The notes under the pieces are model-generated. The model was not told where the DNA came from. It saw only the letters and a program-made list of their open reading frames with translations, and did not search any database. Below, one piece after another: positions 31,282 through 33,712 of a stretch of DNA of 33,712 nt. The position numbers were made by a program, and so were the translations under genes. The stretch's first letter is position 1; every line of letters begins with the position of its first letter. The stretch is from a virus. The stretch is from the IMG/VR virus record IMGVR_UViG_3300005838_000003; one strand, given 5' to 3'.

Positions 31282-31781
31282 AAGACAATATCTATAATAA
31301 ACTCTTTACGTTACAAAACGAATTAGGAGCAATAAGCAAAGACGCTACAAACCCATTTTATAAATCAAAATACTTTGACATTAATTCACTTATAGGTCAA
31401 CTTAAACCATTATTACAAAAACATAATTTGGTTTTATTACAACCAATTAATAACAATCAAGTGCGAAGTGTAATTTATGATTTAGATGGAGGTTCAGTAG
31501 AATCATCTATTGAATTACCAACAAATTTAGATGCACAAAAATTAGGAAGTGCTATTACTTATTTTAGAAGATATACCTTAACATCTCTATTAGCTTTACA
31601 AGCAATAGATGATGATGGTAATTTAGCAGTAAAAACAACTAAACCTAAATTAATTGAAAATACACCACAATTTAAAAATGCACAAGAAGCAATTAAAAAA
31701 GGTAAAACAATAAATGATATAAAAGAACATTATATTATAAATAAAGAAATTGAAAAACAATTATTAAATTATAAAATATGA
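31278..31781 (+). CDS. erf: ERF-family single-strand annealing protein
   Basis: ISKDATNPFYKSKYFDINSL, LGSAITYFRRYTLTSLLAL and IDDDGN match the hallmark ERF motifs. Confidence 0.85.
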   Translation: MKDNIYNKLFTLQNELGAISKDATNPFYKSKYFDINSLIGQLKPLLQKHNLVLLQPINNNQVRSVIYDLDGGSVESSIELPTNLDAQKLGSAITYFRRYTLTSLLALQAIDDDGNLAVKTTKPKLIENTPQFKNAQEAIKKGKTINDIKEHYIINKEIEKQLLNYKI

Positions 31782-31906
31782 ATAAATTAGAAACTGCAAT
31801 TTTATTAAGATTAACAAATCAAGATAAAAAATTACTACAAAAAAAAGCAAGAAACAAAAGAATGACCTTAACAGGTTATATAAGAAATGAATTATTAAAC
31901 ACTTAA
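31778..31906 (+). CDS. Mini-ORF, 42 aa, ribbon-helix-helix (CopG/Arc-like) DNA-binding protein
   Basis: Translated manually: MNKLETAILLRLTNQDKKLLQKKARNKRMTLTGYIRNELLNT. This reads as beta strand ILLRLT, helix, then MTLTGYIRNELL helix. ATGA overlap with erf. Confidence 0.55.
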   Translation: MNKLETAILLRLTNQDKKLLQKKARNKRMTLTGYIRNELLNT

Positions 31907-31917
31907 ATATATAAATT

Positions 31918-32208
31918 ATGGGAGCAATTATTACAGCAAGTATTAGGGTAGATAAACTACCTAAAGAAAAATTCATCAAAGGTAAAGATGGTGCAGTTTA
32001 TTATAATCTTACTATTTCAGTAAATGATGAAACAAGATATGGAAACAATGTTTCAATTCAAGATTCACAAACTAAAGAAGAGCGAGAAGCTAAAGCACAA
32101 AGAAATTATTTAGGTAATGGAAAGGTGGTTTGGACTAACAATCAAATTAATGTAGCAGAACAACCTGTAGCAGTAGCAAAAGCTATTTCAGATGATTTGC
32201 CTTTTTAA
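31918..32208 (+). CDS. ssb: Single-stranded DNA-binding protein-like, 96 aa
   Basis: The C-terminal tip SDDLPF mimics the bacterial SSB acidic tail (DDDIPF). It sits next to erf, and the N-terminal part is beta-rich. An OB fold is not verifiable by eye. Confidence 0.55.
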   Translation: MGAIITASIRVDKLPKEKFIKGKDGAVYYNLTISVNDETRYGNNVSIQDSQTKEEREAKAQRNYLGNGKVVWTNNQINVAEQPVAVAKAISDDLPF

Positions 32209-32252
32209 AAATGTAAAGTTATAGGCGTATATCAAAATATTATTTACATTTT
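32208..32252. repeat. Perfect 10-bp inverted repeat AAAATGTAAA ... TTTACATTTT with a 25-nt spacer
   Basis: Read directly: 32208-32217 and 32243-32252. It begins at the ssb-like stop codon. Confidence 0.8.
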
Positions 32253-32257
32253 AATTT

Positions 32258-32287
32258 AGGAGGATTTTAAAAGTCCTCCTTTTTTTT
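32258..32287 (+). terminator. Rho-independent terminator
   Basis: AGGAGGA pairs with TCCTCCT (a 7-bp G-C-rich stem, extendable by T-A pairs). A T-run follows at 32280-32287. Confidence 0.88.
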
Positions 32288-32302
32288 ATATATATTTAAA
32301 GT

Positions 32303-33151
32303 ATGACAAACAAAATGAATGATGAACAAACTGTTCAGTATCTAGTAATGCAAGCACTTGAAGAAGATTGTATTATTAATGCAAAAGAAAAAATAGAATA
32401 TCCACCAGTTGCAATTTCTTTAGGAGAAAAATTAATTAAAAATATTAAAGGAGATTTATTATTGCCCATTCCAATAGGAACTTATGGTAATTTTAGTTTT
32501 GTACAAGCACCACCTAAAACTAAAAAGACATTTTTTATATCGTTATTAGCATCTGTTTATCTAGGTAATAAAAATAATTTTGGTGGTAATATTAAAGGAC
32601 ATAGAGAAAATAAAAATGTTATTCACATAGATACTGAACAAGGTAAATGGCACGCTCAAAAAGTATTTAAAAGAGTTTTAGATATGAACGCTATTGATTA
32701 TTCAGAATTTTATCATACTTTTGGATTAAGGACATTAAATTATAAGACTAGAATTGAGTTCATTGAATACTGTTTAGAACATAAAGTAAATGATACAGGA
32801 CTTTTAATTATAGATGGTATTGCTGATTTAGTTGGTGATGTTAATAATATTGAAGAAAGCAATGCTTGTATTCAAAAAATTATGGAATGGTCGGAAAATT
32901 ATAAATGTCATATAATTTGTGTAATACATTCAAATTTTGGTTCAGACAAACCAACAGGACATCTTGGTAGTTTTCTAGAGAAAAAAACAGAAACACAAAT
33001 ACAATTAGAAGCAAACACAGTAAACAAAGAATGGGTAACAGTTAAGTGTAGAAGAAGTAGAGGTTATTCATTTGAGACATTTAGTTTTAAGGTAAACGAA
33101 ATAGGACTACCTGAAATTGTGGGGAATTTATATGACCCATTAAAAAACTAA
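32303..33151 (+). CDS. RecA/DnaB-fold replication ATPase (RepA/DnaB-C-terminal-like helicase candidate)
   Basis: Deviant Walker A QAPPKTKKTFF, then VIHIDTEQG, Walker B LLIIDGIADL and sensor-like IICVIHSNFG. This layout is typical of AAA_25/RepA-like phage helicases. Confidence 0.65.
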   Translation: MTNKMNDEQTVQYLVMQALEEDCIINAKEKIEYPPVAISLGEKLIKNIKGDLLLPIPIGTYGNFSFVQAPPKTKKTFFISLLASVYLGNKNNFGGNIKGHRENKNVIHIDTEQGKWHAQKVFKRVLDMNAIDYSEFYHTFGLRTLNYKTRIEFIEYCLEHKVNDTGLLIIDGIADLVGDVNNIEESNACIQKIMEWSENYKCHIICVIHSNFGSDKPTGHLGSFLEKKTETQIQLEANTVNKEWVTVKCRRSRGYSFETFSFKVNEIGLPEIVGNLYDPLKN

Positions 33152-33160
33152 ATATGAATT

Positions 33161-33658
33161 GTGTTATCGAAAATATTTAAAAAACATAAAATTTGGATTA
33201 ATATTGTTTCATCTTTTGGCTGTAATAAAGATACAGCAGAAGATATTGTTCAAGAAATGTATATTAAAATTCAAAAAAATATTAATAATGGTTTAGACAT
33301 AACTTATGATGATGACTATAATTATTTTTATATTTTTAAAACATTAAAAAGTATGTTTTTGGATTTAAAAAGAAAAGAAAGCAAAATACAAATAATTAGT
33401 ATTGATGATATAAATCAAAAAAACACTTTAAAAAATACAGGGAAAACAAAAGAAAATGAAAACCCTATTAAATATAGTTATTATTATAATGAAGTATTAA
33501 AAGAATTAAATAAAATGTATTGGTACGATAAAAAGGTTTTTGAATTAATAGATGATGGAACATCAATAGCACAATTATCTAGAAAAACTAAAATACCGTA
33601 TCATTCATTATATAATACATATAGAAAAGTAATAGAAAGATTAAAAAAAATATTATGA
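33161..33658 (+). CDS. ECF-like sigma-70 family factor, 165 aa, GTG start
   Basis: Region 2-like DTAEDIVQEMYIKIQKN...YFYIFKTLKSMFLDLKRKE. Region 4 HTH-like VFELIDDGTSIAQLSRKTKIPYHSLYNTYRKVIERLKKIL. Its last 66 nt lie in the terminal repeat. Confidence 0.6.
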   Translation: MLSKIFKKHKIWINIVSSFGCNKDTAEDIVQEMYIKIQKNINNGLDITYDDDYNYFYIFKTLKSMFLDLKRKESKIQIISIDDINQKNTLKNTGKTKENENPIKYSYYYNEVLKELNKMYWYDKKVFELIDDGTSIAQLSRKTKIPYHSLYNTYRKVIERLKKIL

Positions 33659-33712
33659 TAGAAAAATTATTAAGCAGAGTAGGAATTGAAGTTTGGAAGG
33701 ACATACCAGAAT
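33593..33712. repeat. Right copy of the exact 120-bp terminal direct repeat (identical to 1-120)
   Basis: See the left copy. The window ends at the point corresponding to base 120. Confidence 0.95.

Noticed and set aside
2319-31979. All 17 minus-strand ORFs in the six-frame track: 2319..2615, 3631..3963, 10261..10494, 14117..14320, 15087..15314, 15342..15650, 17257..17550, 18468..18722, 20242..20556, 22028..22249, 22793..22987, 24494..24682, 25103..25540, 26383..26568, 29498..29737, 30970..31179 and 31764..31979.
   Set aside because: Each lies antisense to a well-supported + strand gene, or runs across + strand terminators or promoters (20242..20556, 30970..31179). Their translations are low-complexity (Ser/Phe/Leu/Ile-rich mirror images of K/E/N-rich sense codons), none has a motif, and none fits the otherwise strictly unidirectional, overlap-coupled gene layout.
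33154-33180. ATG at 33154 as the start of the sigma-like gene.
   Set aside because: It is out of frame with the sigma ORF and terminates after 8 codons (ATG AAT TGT GTT ATC GAA AAT ATT TAA). GTG 33161 is the only start giving an intact region 2.
1-33712. Search for CRISPR arrays, tRNA/rRNA genes, integrase/excisionase, CI/Cro-type repressors, att-like sites, transposases, reverse transcriptase (DGR/retron) or toxin-antitoxin pairs.
   Set aside because: I found no repeat-spacer periodicity, no RNA gene signatures, and no tyrosine/serine recombinase, RT or transposase motifs in any ORF. The only mobile-type gene is the HNH-AP2 endonuclease. The absence claims are by eye and should be confirmed with tRNAscan-type and profile searches.

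Overview
The window is one essentially complete genome of a tailed dsDNA bacteriophage. Bases 1-120 recur exactly at 33593-33712, so the unique unit is 33592 bp and the contig closes on itself. That fits a circular assembly of a permuted or terminally redundant genome.

General properties:
- The DNA is visibly very AT-rich.
- Every credible gene is on the + strand; all minus-strand ORFs in the track look like antisense artefacts.
- Genes are packed with ATGA/TAATG stop-start overlaps, and no Shine-Dalgarno sequences are evident.
- Several intergenic regions carry a TATATTTG (TAnnTTTG) box. Together with the points above, this suggests a Bacteroidota (Flavobacteriia-like) host.
- I see no integrase, repressor, tRNA, rRNA or CRISPR array, so a lytic lifestyle is likely.

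Modules on the circular map:
1. Early replication/recombination genes: NinG-like, ERF, RHH, SSB-like, a RecA/DnaB-fold ATPase, an ECF-like sigma factor, an HNH-AP2 homing endonuclease, a TagD/RfaE-like nucleotidyltransferase, a FEN-type 5'-3' exonuclease and many small ORFs.
2. A late operon: ParB-fold protein, GT-A-like candidate, UDP-galactopyranose mutase, TerS, TerL.
3. Two small-ORF cassettes with a duplicated promoter-leader.
4. Tail and assembly genes, including a T9 slippery site with a dual-frame region, and a tape-measure-like protein.
5. XkdF-like protease, scaffold, major capsid and a tube-like protein.
6. A portal-MuF fusion and a 1513-aa tail fibre with an S74 chaperone domain.
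7. A lysis cassette.

Most interesting candidates:
- The ParB / GT-like / Glf module fused to the terminase operon.
- A bipartite late motif (TACAAAAT-N12-ACGTTATATA) placed 13-17 nt before five late start codons, plausibly read by the phage sigma factor.
- The T9 frameshift site.

Limits: all homology statements are motif recognition by eye from recalled family features. No searches or computations were run. I found twelve ORFs below the 60-aa track cutoff by manual translation.
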